Shown: piece by piece, positions 17,975-27,964 of the stretch
Layout of the letters: every line of letters starts with the position of its first letter
Numbering within the stretch: position 1 is the first letter of the stretch
IMG/VR virus record: IMGVR_UViG_3300044878_000082
Location: 32,001-96,000 of that record
Direction: 5' to 3' (one strand)
Origin: a virus
Length of the DNA stretch: 64,000 nt
Program-made: the position numbers and the translations under genes
Notes under the pieces: generated by a model
The model's input: only the letters and a program-made list of their open reading frames with translations
Told to the model about the DNA's origin: nothing
Databases searched by the model: none

Positions 17975-20866
17975 TTAATGGTTGTCTTTCCGAGGACGCT
18001 TGCTGCGTTCCAAGAAGTCTGCCAGTGCACCACCACCGCCATTGGATTGACCCAAGTCGGCTTCTTCACTTACATCCTCCTCTTCTTCCTCAGCATCCGG
18101 TTCAGGCTCTTCTTCCTCTTCCTCAGAAGCGTCAGGTTCCTCCTCCCCTTCGGTGTCGTCTCCAGCGTCGGCATCATCACCGCCTCCTTCGTCGTCACCC
18201 ATATCCCCTAGATCGTCATCTCCACCTAGGTCATCGTCGCCCATGTCATCATCGTCACCACCCATTCCGTCGTCATCGCCGGAAGAGTCGTCGCTGTAGT
18301 CATCACCGCCACTCGAACCACCACCTACTTCGATGTCCTTGTCAGCTTCCACAGCTTCAGTCAACTCGTTGCGTTTCTTTTGAGCTTCCGCAACTTGAAT
18401 CATGTAACCTTGGATACTTGCCGCAATGGCATCAACGTGTTCGGTGTGAGTCGTGAGCAAGTCGATCATCGGGTGCTTCTCTTCCGTGAAGGTCACCAGA
18501 TCAGCCAACTCAGGCATGACGTTGTTGTCACGCAACCACTTACGTTTGAAGTGCGCCAACATGGCCGCCTTCACAACCTCTACCGAATCAGCTTGATCGC
18601 CCAACGAGGTACCATCGAGGAAGTCAGCGTTGAAGTATGCTTCGAGGCACTTCTCCAGACCTTCGATGTACTTGTCGTAAGCTTCCATCTGACGTTCCAG
18701 CGTAATGCTGTCTGGACGTGGTAAGGTTACGGTCAACGAGTTGATGAACTCTGCTACGATGGCATCAACATCCACGTTAACGTCGGTTGGGTCGTTGTCG
18801 TCAGCTTTCGCTGCGTCATCGGCCTTCTGCAACATCTTCTTGTTGGCTTCCACGGTCTTGCGGAGCTTGTCCATCAAGTTACCGGAGTTCAGCACGTACT
18901 TACGGATAAACTCACCCAACAGCGCGGTGAACTTGTCTTGGTACAACATCACTCGTTTGGTCAGCAACAGGTTCGAGGTCACAATAGAAGTAGCGAACTC
19001 AACGTTGTAGCCGTTGTCCACAGTCTCAGGCGACAAGCCCAAGGACATCAGGAACTGCTTCTTCAGGTTGTCTTCGAGGTCAGTGTTCGGTGCAGCTACT
19101 GAACGTTGACGGTCTTCAACTTCCATCCGAGTCTCAGGATACGCAGGAGAACCCTGGACGTTCAAGTCAACGCCTGCGTTTTGCAGGAAGTTAACAATGT
19201 CCACAGGAGAAGACGCACCCAGTGGGTACGACGCCTGACGAGTCTGAGTGTAGTTGTGGACGAGCTTCTCGACAGTACCAGACGGATCTGGGTCAGCCGG
19301 ATCGAGTGTAATGTTCAGACCCGTGTGAGGGGTCGAGTTCTTGATAGCCGCCATGGTGTTGGACAGCATCATCATTACACGCAACGAAGCGAGGATCTTG
19401 TTGTCTTCGAGCAGCGACTTACCCACGCCGTAGCGGTTGTAGTCAAAGGCGAAGTACGTAACCAGTTCCGCAGGCACGAACAGCAACTGAGTGGACATGT
19501 TGGCAAAGGTACGCGCCAGCATGATACGGTACACTTCCAACGGACGAGAGATCTCGATGTTGTCGGCGTAGATACCGTTTCGCAGACGAGCGATCAGGTC
19601 TTCCTCTACGAGCTGTGCGTAGATCCGTGTGGCTTCTTCGGTGTCGATGTCCGAACGTTGTTGGTAGCCTTCAACCGTACGTTGACCTTGGGAGATCAAC
19701 TGACTGGCCATGTCCTTGTTGATGGACATGTTCATGTTCAGATCGTTGTAGTACTCAGACCGGTTAGCCTTCACCACTGGGTTGCCTTGTGGATCGAGAA
19801 TCACAAAGTAGCCGATGTGTTCATCAGGCGAGCCTGGAACGTGTACGGGGATGATCGACTCTGACGGCAGACGCATGACCAGTGGGTGACCCACGGTAGC
19901 ACGTTTGATCTGCTCACCAGTCTTCACACCTACAACTGGACGAGCCGCTTGCAGACGGGGACGGTAGAACGACATTTCGATGTCATCACGAGACACCTCA
20001 TTGTTGGACTCCATACCAAAGCCTTGACGCTTAAAGGTAGCCGCCAAATGCTTACGACGTTGCAGCTCGTGGACGAACGGAGCCTTCAACAGATCCGGGT
20101 TGTCCGAGACCGAGATCTTGGTGTCAAACCCTTTCTTCGCCAGACGTGGACGCAGCATCCGGAAGTTCTGGGTGTAGTACTGGTTCATGTCCTCCATGGA
20201 CACTTTCATGCGGTTCTTCGGTACGGACTTACCGTCTTCGAAGGTGGAGTCACCCAAAACGCCGATGGAGAAGTTGAACAGACCACTGGTGTCAACCCGG
20301 CCTTCCATACCTACACCGGCACGTTCCCCGTTGATGATTTCATCCACAGATGACTCTGGAATGATCATTACAGGGTAGGAGCCCTTCTTAAACAGGACGT
20401 CTGACAAAATACCCGGCAGTTGGGGATCTATTTTATAGACTTTGGTGAAAAATTCTTCGACTACACTGAGGAGTACACCAGTGATCTCCCCCTTCAAAGA
20501 AGACTCGTTACAGACGTAGTTCAACTCCGTCGTAACCATGTCTTTCGGCGAAAGGATACTGCTGACCAGAATCTGTTCTGCCAGCTCGGTATCTGGGAGC
20601 ATCTGGTAAAGGTTTTCTGCATCGGTCACGTTACCGGCGGTAATGTCCGAGACTTTATTCAGATAACCAGTTGTGGGGATGTCGACGCCTCGTGAGGGAC
20701 TGACGGAGTTGCTGTTCCCCAGTGACTCATTGTTCCTTACAAGTTTGCTAACAACAGCGGTGGCTAGGGGCTTCTTCTTGAGCAGCCCGAGTTTCTCGAA
20801 ACGCCGCTTTTGACTATCCAGCCCCAGCATTTGTAGCTGGTTAGAGTCAGAATCAGAACCAGACAT
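17975..20866 (-). CDS. probable portal protein (phiKZ gp129-like) with acidic C-terminal tail
   Basis: LPDTELAEQILVSSILSPKDM, LPSESIIPVHVPGSPDEHIGYFVILD, YGVGKSLLE and LGLSPETVD recalled from phiKZ-like portal homologues; size and synteny fit. Confidence 0.7.
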   Translation of the reverse strand: MSGSDSDSNQLQMLGLDSQKRRFEKLGLLKKKPLATAVVSKLVRNNESLGNSNSVSPSRGVDIPTTGYLNKVSDITAGNVTDAENLYQMLPDTELAEQILVSSILSPKDMVTTELNYVCNESSLKGEITGVLLSVVEEFFTKVYKIDPQLPGILSDVLFKKGSYPVMIIPESSVDEIINGERAGVGMEGRVDTSGLFNFSIGVLGDSTFEDGKSVPKNRMKVSMEDMNQYYTQNFRMLRPRLAKKGFDTKISVSDNPDLLKAPFVHELQRRKHLAATFKRQGFGMESNNEVSRDDIEMSFYRPRLQAARPVVGVKTGEQIKRATVGHPLVMRLPSESIIPVHVPGSPDEHIGYFVILDPQGNPVVKANRSEYYNDLNMNMSINKDMASQLISQGQRTVEGYQQRSDIDTEEATRIYAQLVEEDLIARLRNGIYADNIEISRPLEVYRIMLARTFANMSTQLLFVPAELVTYFAFDYNRYGVGKSLLEDNKILASLRVMMMLSNTMAAIKNSTPHTGLNITLDPADPDPSGTVEKLVHNYTQTRQASYPLGASSPVDIVNFLQNAGVDLNVQGSPAYPETRMEVEDRQRSVAAPNTDLEDNLKKQFLMSLGLSPETVDNGYNVEFATSIVTSNLLLTKRVMLYQDKFTALLGEFIRKYVLNSGNLMDKLRKTVEANKKMLQKADDAAKADDNDPTDVNVDVDAIVAEFINSLTVTLPRPDSITLERQMEAYDKYIEGLEKCLEAYFNADFLDGTSLGDQADSVEVVKAAMLAHFKRKWLRDNNVMPELADLVTFTEEKHPMIDLLTTHTEHVDAIAASIQGYMIQVAEAQKKRNELTEAVEADKDIEVGGGSSGGDDYSDDSSGDDDGMGGDDDDMGDDDLGGDDDLGDMGDDEGGGDDADAGDDTEGEEEPDASEEEEEEPEPDAEEEEEDVSEEADLGQSNGGGGALADFLERSKRPRKDNH

Positions 20867-20913
20867 TATACAACTCCCAGTGACGTTTTAAAAGTTGATT
20901 GGAGGACCTAGAC

Positions 20914-23745
20914 GTGTCCAACGCTTACTATAGACTCTACGTTGACTCCATGATTCTCATGGCGAAAACGATTGTCATCAAGAGTGAAGCGACTGCTAAC
21001 GCGATGAACGTTGGGTTGAACGAACGGGGACTGGACGTTGATGAAAACGATCCAACCACCTGGAAGTACTACCTCAACCTGTCGGGACGTTATCATTCGA
21101 CTGACACACCGATGACAGTGACGTCGTTGGATACTCGTGAAGAGATTCCATTCGATGTCCAAACGCTTTCAGTACATCGCAGAACTTTGCGGGACTACGC
21201 TTTCGGTACACGTTTCTATGAGCAATTGGTTAACCGGTACCCTGAGCAGAGAGATCTGATTCACGGTATCTTGAATCCGGTGGACATTGACGTAGCGATA
21301 GCCGCACCAGATGGTAAGATCCTCTACATCGACCAGTTCCTGATCGAAGAGAACGAAACCAACTTGGTGAGCCAGATCCAAGACCGCATCGACGCATTCA
21401 TGCTACGGTACAACGTGGCTGAGTTCGTTATGGTTGACGACCTCTATCCAGCCGCTCACTTGGCGCTACTGTTCTTAAATTTACCCCTGTTCATTGAGGA
21501 CGCACGACTCACGAACTGTCATACGGAACAGGTTCACAGTTTCCATATTCGACAGTACCTGGCCAGTCACGGGAGACTGGACACGTATATCTCCCACCTC
21601 GACAAAGAGCAGATGCTCTTCCTTTATAGGAACATTCTGTACATCCAGCGCAACGCTGGTAAACAGGATACCTTCGAGTGGTTGATCGACAAAATCATGA
21701 CACACCGCATGTTACCGGTGGCTGAGTTCAATTTACATCATAACGTAAGTGAGCAGCCGGACAACTTGTACCCGACGGTGGAAGTAAAGCGTGTTGACCT
21801 GACGCGCTTTAAGAGTGGCAACCCGATCGACACGTTCTCTGTGGAAGAGATCTGTAACCGAGCAGCGTTTGTAGCGCCCGGTAACTACGATCAACTCGAC
21901 GCTACGATTGCTAAAGTCACCGACCAGATGACCCACAGCTCTAGTAACAAACTCAAGACCAAAATGCTTGAGTCTTCCGTCGTCGACCGCAGTAACGATT
22001 ACGCCCTCACGTTCTCAGACGTGTTGCTGAACCACTGGCTGTACTTTGCTCAAGAAGGTTGGTACAAGACGATCATCTCGTTTGACAACCCCCTGACTGG
22101 CGATCAGTTGTGGTACAGCGCGAAAGATGCGTTCATCTTGTGGATCTACGCCCTCAACCGTTCTCTGGGTCAAGACCTGACTTGGGTTCCAAATCCTGAC
22201 GCGGTGATGGTGCGTAAACAGTTCCTCCCGACCCGTGCTGACCTACGTAAGATCACCGAGTCCAAGCGTGTCCCTGACTCTGTACTGGATGCTTTGCTGA
22301 AAGACCAACCCGTCTTGAATGACTTGGTCTCGGTGGAAGCGTTCTACGACAAGTGTGTTCAGATCCACCATGCGTGGAAAGAGCACAACTGGATCTACAC
22401 CAGTCAGGAACATTACGAGGCCCGTGGTCAAGCCGAAGCGGCTGCACTACACCTGTACCAGAACAAGAACTGTCAGCTCGATAACGGCACGCCGATTACC
22501 TACGACCAATGGTTGCGGGAACATCAGCTTGACGTCACCAACTTCTCTAAAGCGGAGTTTGAGCTGTTAGCGGCTAACCTGCTGGCACTATCCACCGGTA
22601 CCAACTTACACGTCACAGTGAGCTTAGAAGAGCTTCAGGCCGCAATGATTCGCCTGATGACTCAACTGAGCAGTTACTCGGTGCAATTCCTTCGGGAGCT
22701 GCGCGGTACTAACATGATCTCACTGAACTGGTCGGCTATTCGACAAGGTGACGATGACGGTCAGGGTGAGGGTCACATGTACGTGCACGAGGCTAACGTC
22801 TACGTGCAAAACATGGATGGTAAGGGTAGCCACTATCAAGCCGAGACGCTGGACAACGCTACGTTTGAAATCACGAACAGCGCTGGCGAACACGGCGACA
22901 GTGGCAAGTACGACAACACGGTTAACTTCGCGTCTGACGGTTACTCCAAGTTCAAGATGCGTTTGACAATCCCGACCATCTACTGTTCGGTACCGGATGT
23001 CAAACCGCTAGAGCTGGACGACGTCATCAACCAGCAAGCTATTCCGGAATACCTGTACCTGCGGATGGCACCACCGAACATCGGTAACTACATCCACATC
23101 AACACGGTTCTGACTGAAACTGACCTTGACGGGTTTGTGTACTCACCGACTCCGGTGATTCCATGGGCCGACGTAACGTTGAATGGTTTCGACTACCCAC
23201 TGTTCGATGAGACCGCACTCAACCTGAAAGACTTGACCGGTTTCGACTACGACGTGATCCCTGTGGATAAGTTGTTGTTGGCTAACCAACTGAGTGGGTT
23301 CGAGTACGAGGTGTTGGGTGTTAAGCTGGCGCTGACCAACTACCTAGGTGGGTTTGAATACGCCACCATCGACGGCAGACTGTCACTCTCGACGAACCAG
23401 TCTGGGTTTGACTACCGTGAGACACCGGTTCCTCCACTGGATCTGAACCTAGAGCTGAGTGGACTGGAATACAACCCGGTTGTGTTGGAGTTGGATCTGT
23501 TGGACGGCTTGGCGGGCTTGGAATATGAAGTTCCAGCCAAACGTCTGAACCTGAACACCAACCTCAACGGTTATGACTACCCAGTTGCTGATGATCCACT
23601 GTTCATCAACTTGGGCGACTTCGATTACATCCCTGATCTGTCTAACCTGATACTACGCACCCGCTTGCCGGGCTTGGTGTTGAGGCAGGATGATGTTCCG
23701 AAGATGCGTCTTAACGGCTTGGTGTTGAATCCGCCACTCGAGTAA
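20914..23745 (+). CDS. virion structural protein, probable baseplate component (phiKZ gp128-like)
   Basis: GGAGG SD before GTG; WKYYLNLSGRYH, VHSFHIRQYLASHG and FLYRNILYIQRNAGKQDTF; repetitive C-terminus. Confidence 0.8.
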   Translation: MSNAYYRLYVDSMILMAKTIVIKSEATANAMNVGLNERGLDVDENDPTTWKYYLNLSGRYHSTDTPMTVTSLDTREEIPFDVQTLSVHRRTLRDYAFGTRFYEQLVNRYPEQRDLIHGILNPVDIDVAIAAPDGKILYIDQFLIEENETNLVSQIQDRIDAFMLRYNVAEFVMVDDLYPAAHLALLFLNLPLFIEDARLTNCHTEQVHSFHIRQYLASHGRLDTYISHLDKEQMLFLYRNILYIQRNAGKQDTFEWLIDKIMTHRMLPVAEFNLHHNVSEQPDNLYPTVEVKRVDLTRFKSGNPIDTFSVEEICNRAAFVAPGNYDQLDATIAKVTDQMTHSSSNKLKTKMLESSVVDRSNDYALTFSDVLLNHWLYFAQEGWYKTIISFDNPLTGDQLWYSAKDAFILWIYALNRSLGQDLTWVPNPDAVMVRKQFLPTRADLRKITESKRVPDSVLDALLKDQPVLNDLVSVEAFYDKCVQIHHAWKEHNWIYTSQEHYEARGQAEAAALHLYQNKNCQLDNGTPITYDQWLREHQLDVTNFSKAEFELLAANLLALSTGTNLHVTVSLEELQAAMIRLMTQLSSYSVQFLRELRGTNMISLNWSAIRQGDDDGQGEGHMYVHEANVYVQNMDGKGSHYQAETLDNATFEITNSAGEHGDSGKYDNTVNFASDGYSKFKMRLTIPTIYCSVPDVKPLELDDVINQQAIPEYLYLRMAPPNIGNYIHINTVLTETDLDGFVYSPTPVIPWADVTLNGFDYPLFDETALNLKDLTGFDYDVIPVDKLLLANQLSGFEYEVLGVKLALTNYLGGFEYATIDGRLSLSTNQSGFDYRETPVPPLDLNLELSGLEYNPVVLELDLLDGLAGLEYEVPAKRLNLNTNLNGYDYPVADDPLFINLGDFDYIPDLSNLILRTRLPGLVLRQDDVPKMRLNGLVLNPPLE
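23116..23742 (+). repeat. about 12 degenerate ~18-aa LxG[FLY]xY protein repeats
   Basis: LDGFVY, LNGFDY, LTGFDY, LSGFEY, LGGFEY, QSGFDY, LSGLEY, LAGLEY, LNGYDY, LGDFDY, LPGLVL, LNGLVL. Confidence 0.9.
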
Positions 23746-23753
23746 CTTACCGT

Positions 23754-23805
23754 GGACTCTCACACATCCTTTTAACCGAGGGTGTGTGGAGTCCTTTCTT
23801 TTTTT
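23754..23805 (+). terminator. intrinsic terminator
   Basis: GGACTC-TCACACATCCT ... AGGGTGTGTG-GAGTCC followed by TTTCTTTTTTT. Confidence 0.75.
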
Positions 23806-23823
23806 GTCTGAGGAGTGAAGATA

Positions 23824-25074
23824 GTGCTTGACACAATCGGTTTGCTCACCTTATCTCCTCGAGCGGCTTTGCTGGAACTGATCAACTCGCGGAATGACGT
23901 ACAGTTACAGGATGACTGGATTGCCATCTTGAACCCTACGGTTGTCTCGGGTCGTGAAACCGAAGTGACGCTCAAGGTGCGAAAGAGCTTTGATCCGTTC
24001 GCCCCCGTTCCGTTTCAAGGGGAGACCAAATTCACCTATAACCGTTTGGACATCACAGAGTTCTTCATGGGTGCGAAGATCAACCTGACGATGCCCTTAC
24101 CGACGACTACCAGTGCGTTCTTGGAGGTGTTGACCAACGAGTACGGCTACGTGTTTGATTCGGATGATTTCTATGAAGACATCATTACTGTGGCCAATGC
24201 TCATGGCTATCGGTTGCGTGCTACTCCTCGTTCTCTACGGTGGATTGGGGAGTACGCTGTAAACCTGATGCCTCGGGAAGACCTCGAACTGATGGCTAAG
24301 GTAACGGACTTGGGTTCCTTGAATCCAGTGCTGCACCAAGGGCGTCCGTTTGTCACCCACAACAAACCGTTCACTGACGGTCTCTACTACGGTAGTTACC
24401 TCAAGAACATCCGTAAAGGGGTGATCGTTGACGGTGTGTACCTCGCCAGCATCATGGGGAGCATCTATTCCGGCCTCAACGTGGGCGTAGGGAAGACTTG
24501 GACGTACAGTCCTACTGCTGGGCCTAAGAACCTTTACGGTGCTCAGGTGAAGTATAACGGACATGTGGAGGACATTGGGGCTGTTCCGTACAACAAGAAC
24601 GCCACCAAGGTTTTGATCATCGAGCTGAACCCGACGCTCTGTACAGACGTCGCCGGTACACTCGTCATCTATTACAACTCCCGCATCAACGTGGTGATTC
24701 CAGAGTTCCCGATTGTCTACAAGCAACCGGCTGAACTGTTGGGTCTGGGTCAAGTCCACGGGCACAGCTACCCTGCACAGATTGTCCAGTATCCATCGGA
24801 CTACGAGTTCAAAACTGACGGGTTGAACATCGACTTCTTGAACACGATTTATCGTCAAGAGAATGCGGTGGGCGAAGATCGCTTTAAGTGTGTGAAGCGT
24901 CCGTCGCTGAATAACCTCTACGGGGCGAAGGTGTTGTTCAACGGGTACAACCGGAAGTGGCCTGAAGCATACAACGTGTACTTCGGTTACATCTGGGTGA
25001 TCCAACTCAACGAGCAGTACTGTACGAACCTACGGGGCAACCTGTTGATCCACTATAACCTGTCGAAGCTGTAA
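23824..25074 (+). CDS. virion structural protein with duplicated C-terminal domain (phiKZ gp130/131-type)
   Basis: N-terminal FTYNRLDI...LRATPRSLRWIG; two copies of NLYGAxVxxNG...LNxxxCTxxxGxLxIxYN. Confidence 0.75.
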   Translation: MLDTIGLLTLSPRAALLELINSRNDVQLQDDWIAILNPTVVSGRETEVTLKVRKSFDPFAPVPFQGETKFTYNRLDITEFFMGAKINLTMPLPTTTSAFLEVLTNEYGYVFDSDDFYEDIITVANAHGYRLRATPRSLRWIGEYAVNLMPREDLELMAKVTDLGSLNPVLHQGRPFVTHNKPFTDGLYYGSYLKNIRKGVIVDGVYLASIMGSIYSGLNVGVGKTWTYSPTAGPKNLYGAQVKYNGHVEDIGAVPYNKNATKVLIIELNPTLCTDVAGTLVIYYNSRINVVIPEFPIVYKQPAELLGLGQVHGHSYPAQIVQYPSDYEFKTDGLNIDFLNTIYRQENAVGEDRFKCVKRPSLNNLYGAKVLFNGYNRKWPEAYNVYFGYIWVIQLNEQYCTNLRGNLLIHYNLSKL

Positions 25075-25085
25075 GGAGTCTCACT

Positions 25086-25658
25086 GTGTTGGAATTAGCA
25101 ACTGTTTTAAAGAGCACGGGCAATGAGACTCTGGTCGCGTTGTTCCAAGACTCGAATGACGTCTATCTGGACATGGGTCACTTAGACCTGACTTACTCCA
25201 GTGCTGCGGACACGATCAACGTCGTCGCTACGGCTCGTGTGACGGCTCTGGATGGTACGGCGGGTAAGTACAAAGGGGCGTTCACCGTGAAGTATAAACG
25301 CGGTAACGTGACGGCACTGATGAACGGTGTGGTGCAACTCCCTTTCCCTGCGGTGTTCCCATTCACCTTCGCTACCCTCAAGGCGGGTCTCAAAGCCCAG
25401 TACGGTTTGGTTATCGAGGCACAGGACGTGTTGATCCCCAATACGACCACGGTGATGACTGACGCTACTTCGATCACGGCTGGTATGGCGGTGTCGGGTG
25501 TGGTGGAACTGAAGGTGGCTGATAAGTCTCCTCGGTTCATTCCGAAGTCGGCGAATGGTGGTAGCTTCTTCATTAAAGTGGTTGACCCTGCGGGCGGTCA
25601 ATTGGATTACTTGGCGGGCACTACGACGCTGGGTTCTGTCACTACGATGGACGCTTAA
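25086..25658 (+). CDS. probable virion structural protein
   Basis: TAAGGAG SD; resembles the N-terminal module of the upstream gene (KYKGAFTVKYKR; VELKVADKSPRF). Confidence 0.7.
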   Translation: MLELATVLKSTGNETLVALFQDSNDVYLDMGHLDLTYSSAADTINVVATARVTALDGTAGKYKGAFTVKYKRGNVTALMNGVVQLPFPAVFPFTFATLKAGLKAQYGLVIEAQDVLIPNTTTVMTDATSITAGMAVSGVVELKVADKSPRFIPKSANGGSFFIKVVDPAGGQLDYLAGTTTLGSVTTMDA

Positions 25659-25775
25659 AGTAGAGGGAGGCTTCGGCCTCCTTCTATGCCGTTATGTACA
25701 GTTATACTGTGAACCAGATTAATTTAGTTGGCCCTGTGTCGACTCTGTCACTCCTTGTTGATAAAGGTTTTTCAA

Positions 25776-26642
25776 ATGAAAACGATTACCCGTAGTGTCT
25801 GGGGTTCATCCCTTCAGACCTCTTTGCTTCTGGGTCAACGCCCAACGATTCTGGACCACACCACGCTTAACGAGAAGTTCAATGTCTTCCCAGACGAAGA
25901 ACTCAGCCTAACTGAGCGACCGGCCATGCAGTACTACTGTATCGGCAACGGTGGCCACAAGAACATGGTAGGCGCCGATGGGGTTCCTTACACATCTCCT
26001 TTGCCACACCGAGCTTCCGACGCTGCTCTGTATCGTCACTTGCCTTTTGTACTGCGCCGTGTCGATAATGACCTAGACGTCATTGCGCGTGGTCGTTACG
26101 CACTGCGTGTCCTGCTGACCATCGGTGGCGTGAACTACTGGGCTTACTACCTCAAGCGCATCAGCTTGTCGAACACCGCCCCGGCCATCAACCACACCAT
26201 CGTCGACGGTGACCAGAAGTCCACCGAACCGTACGTGCCGAACCTGGCCAACCTGAACCCGACGCCACCTGTGATGTCGAACACCGGTGTGATCAGTTCG
26301 TCTGGCGACTACCTGTCGACCTCGAGCATCCTGACGCTGATCTTCAGCGAAGCCGACGTGAAAGAACTGATCGACGCTTGCCGCATCATGTTCGACAACG
26401 AAGCCTACGCTGTGATCTCCGAGATCGGCCTGTGCTCCGGTATGGATCGCACCCTGACCGTGCCGGGTCCTGGTAACACGCAATTCAACATGAAAGAAGT
26501 GATCGCCTGTCAGATCAACTCCTTCATCACCACTCACCACTCCGTAGCCTTCACCAACAAAGGCTTCACTCAGGACATCGAACTGGGTGCTACCGAGCCG
26601 TTGCTGTCTGACGCCGACTACGTGAGTGCTAACAACGGTTAA
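25776..26642 (+). CDS. virion structural protein (phiKZ gp139-like)
   Basis: TTLNEKF, YYCIGNGGH, HLPFVLR, YYLKRI and AVISEIGLCSGMD. Confidence 0.8.
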   Translation: MKTITRSVWGSSLQTSLLLGQRPTILDHTTLNEKFNVFPDEELSLTERPAMQYYCIGNGGHKNMVGADGVPYTSPLPHRASDAALYRHLPFVLRRVDNDLDVIARGRYALRVLLTIGGVNYWAYYLKRISLSNTAPAINHTIVDGDQKSTEPYVPNLANLNPTPPVMSNTGVISSSGDYLSTSSILTLIFSEADVKELIDACRIMFDNEAYAVISEIGLCSGMDRTLTVPGPGNTQFNMKEVIACQINSFITTHHSVAFTNKGFTQDIELGATEPLLSDADYVSANNG

Positions 26643-26648
26643 TCGCTT

Positions 26649-27239
26649 ATGTTGTTTATCCCAGAACACAGTCGTTACTTTCGTGTAGGCGCGATCGACC
26701 CCGGTACAGACACGTTGGGGACTAGCATCCTCGACGTGGATCTTTTCACTGGCGAGATTATCCTTCGGGACGTCAACACCCTACACGGGAGCCGTAACAT
26801 GCGTCGGTATCCCGGCGTAGAAGAAGTACATGGCAGTCGATGGGCTAAACTCCATTCCCATGGCGTGGAGCTGTTGAACTGGATGCGATACTTTGGTATC
26901 CATTCCTTGATCTGCGAATCGCCCTTTCTAGGGCGGTTTCCACAGGCATTCGAAGCACTGGTTGAATGTAAAACTGCTATTCGCCGGGCACTGTACGAAT
27001 ACGATTTGTGTATGCCATTGGAAACAGTCGATCCCCCGTCTGCAAAGATGGCGGTAGGGGTGTCGGGCAAGAGCAAGAACAAGGACGATGTCAAGTGGGC
27101 CATTCTGAAGTTACCTAACTTCCGAAATGAGTCTGGGAAGCGCATCGAAGATCTCGATGAGCACTCCACTGACAGCATCGCGGTGGGTTACTTCAAATGC
27201 TTAGCGTTAATCAATTTCGTTAAGGGTGCGGGGATATGA
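26649..27239 (+). CDS. ruvC: RuvC-like Holliday junction resolvase
   Basis: VGAIDPGTDTLG, ICESPF, PPSAKMAVG, KNKDDV and DEHSTDSIAVG catalytic acidic motifs. Confidence 0.9.
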   Translation: MLFIPEHSRYFRVGAIDPGTDTLGTSILDVDLFTGEIILRDVNTLHGSRNMRRYPGVEEVHGSRWAKLHSHGVELLNWMRYFGIHSLICESPFLGRFPQAFEALVECKTAIRRALYEYDLCMPLETVDPPSAKMAVGVSGKSKNKDDVKWAILKLPNFRNESGKRIEDLDEHSTDSIAVGYFKCLALINFVKGAGI

Positions 27240-27478
27240 ATTCACGGATGGCGTTAATTTTTAAGGGGACAGGAAAACACAGTCTCCGACTACTTCTTAT
27301 TACCGGTCTGTTCTACGGACTGTACTGGTACTACGATGACACTGCTAAAGCTTTAGCCGAAGCTGCTCAAAAGGCAGAGAGCTTGGAAGGAACCAATCAG
27401 CAGTTGGAACTAGAGGCAAAAGGATTGAAGACTCAAACCAGGGTCCAGATTATCCAGAGACACCAGATGGATGGTTGA
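27236..27478 (+). CDS. small membrane-anchored coiled-coil protein
   Basis: one TM helix followed by a coiled coil; ATGA overlap with ruvC. Confidence 0.6.
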   Translation: MNSRMALIFKGTGKHSLRLLLITGLFYGLYWYYDDTAKALAEAAQKAESLEGTNQQLELEAKGLKTQTRVQIIQRHQMDG

Positions 27479-27511
27479 TACATAGCACGCATAGCGAGCA
27501 AGGGGAGCAAT

Positions 27512-27928
27512 ATGAACATCGGAGGCGCGCTAGGGGTTCTCGGCTCTGAGGCTATCGGCACTAAGTCATGGGGAGGAATGATCGTCAAGATCTGCAACTT
27601 CCATCTGCCAGACGACAAGCTGGTAACTCTGACCGACACTGGTGACGAAGTCATGGGTAAGGTTGTGGCCATGGATGATAAAGTCCAAGTCACGATTCTG
27701 ACCATGGACATCGGTAACCTGGACGGCTTCGATCCAAGCTCATCCCGTGGGGTGAATGTGATGAAAGCCGGTGCGGTAATCATTGCGTTGGCTATGGTGG
27801 TGATTGGAGCGATGTCGACCTTTATGTACTCCAATGAAGAAGGTGGGATGGACGTCCAAGTCCTGAACTCAATCTTCAGTACCGGCATGGAGCTGGTGAA
27901 GTTGTTGCTCGGGGTACAAGGGGCATAA
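27512..27928 (+). CDS. membrane protein
   Basis: GGGGAG SD; TM segment AVIIALAMVVIGAMSTFMY and an amphipathic C-terminus. Confidence 0.7.
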   Translation: MNIGGALGVLGSEAIGTKSWGGMIVKICNFHLPDDKLVTLTDTGDEVMGKVVAMDDKVQVTILTMDIGNLDGFDPSSSRGVNVMKAGAVIIALAMVVIGAMSTFMYSNEEGGMDVQVLNSIFSTGMELVKLLLGVQGA

Positions 27929-27964
27929 CGAGAGAGGGCTCACGCCCTCTCTCTATGCCGCCTG

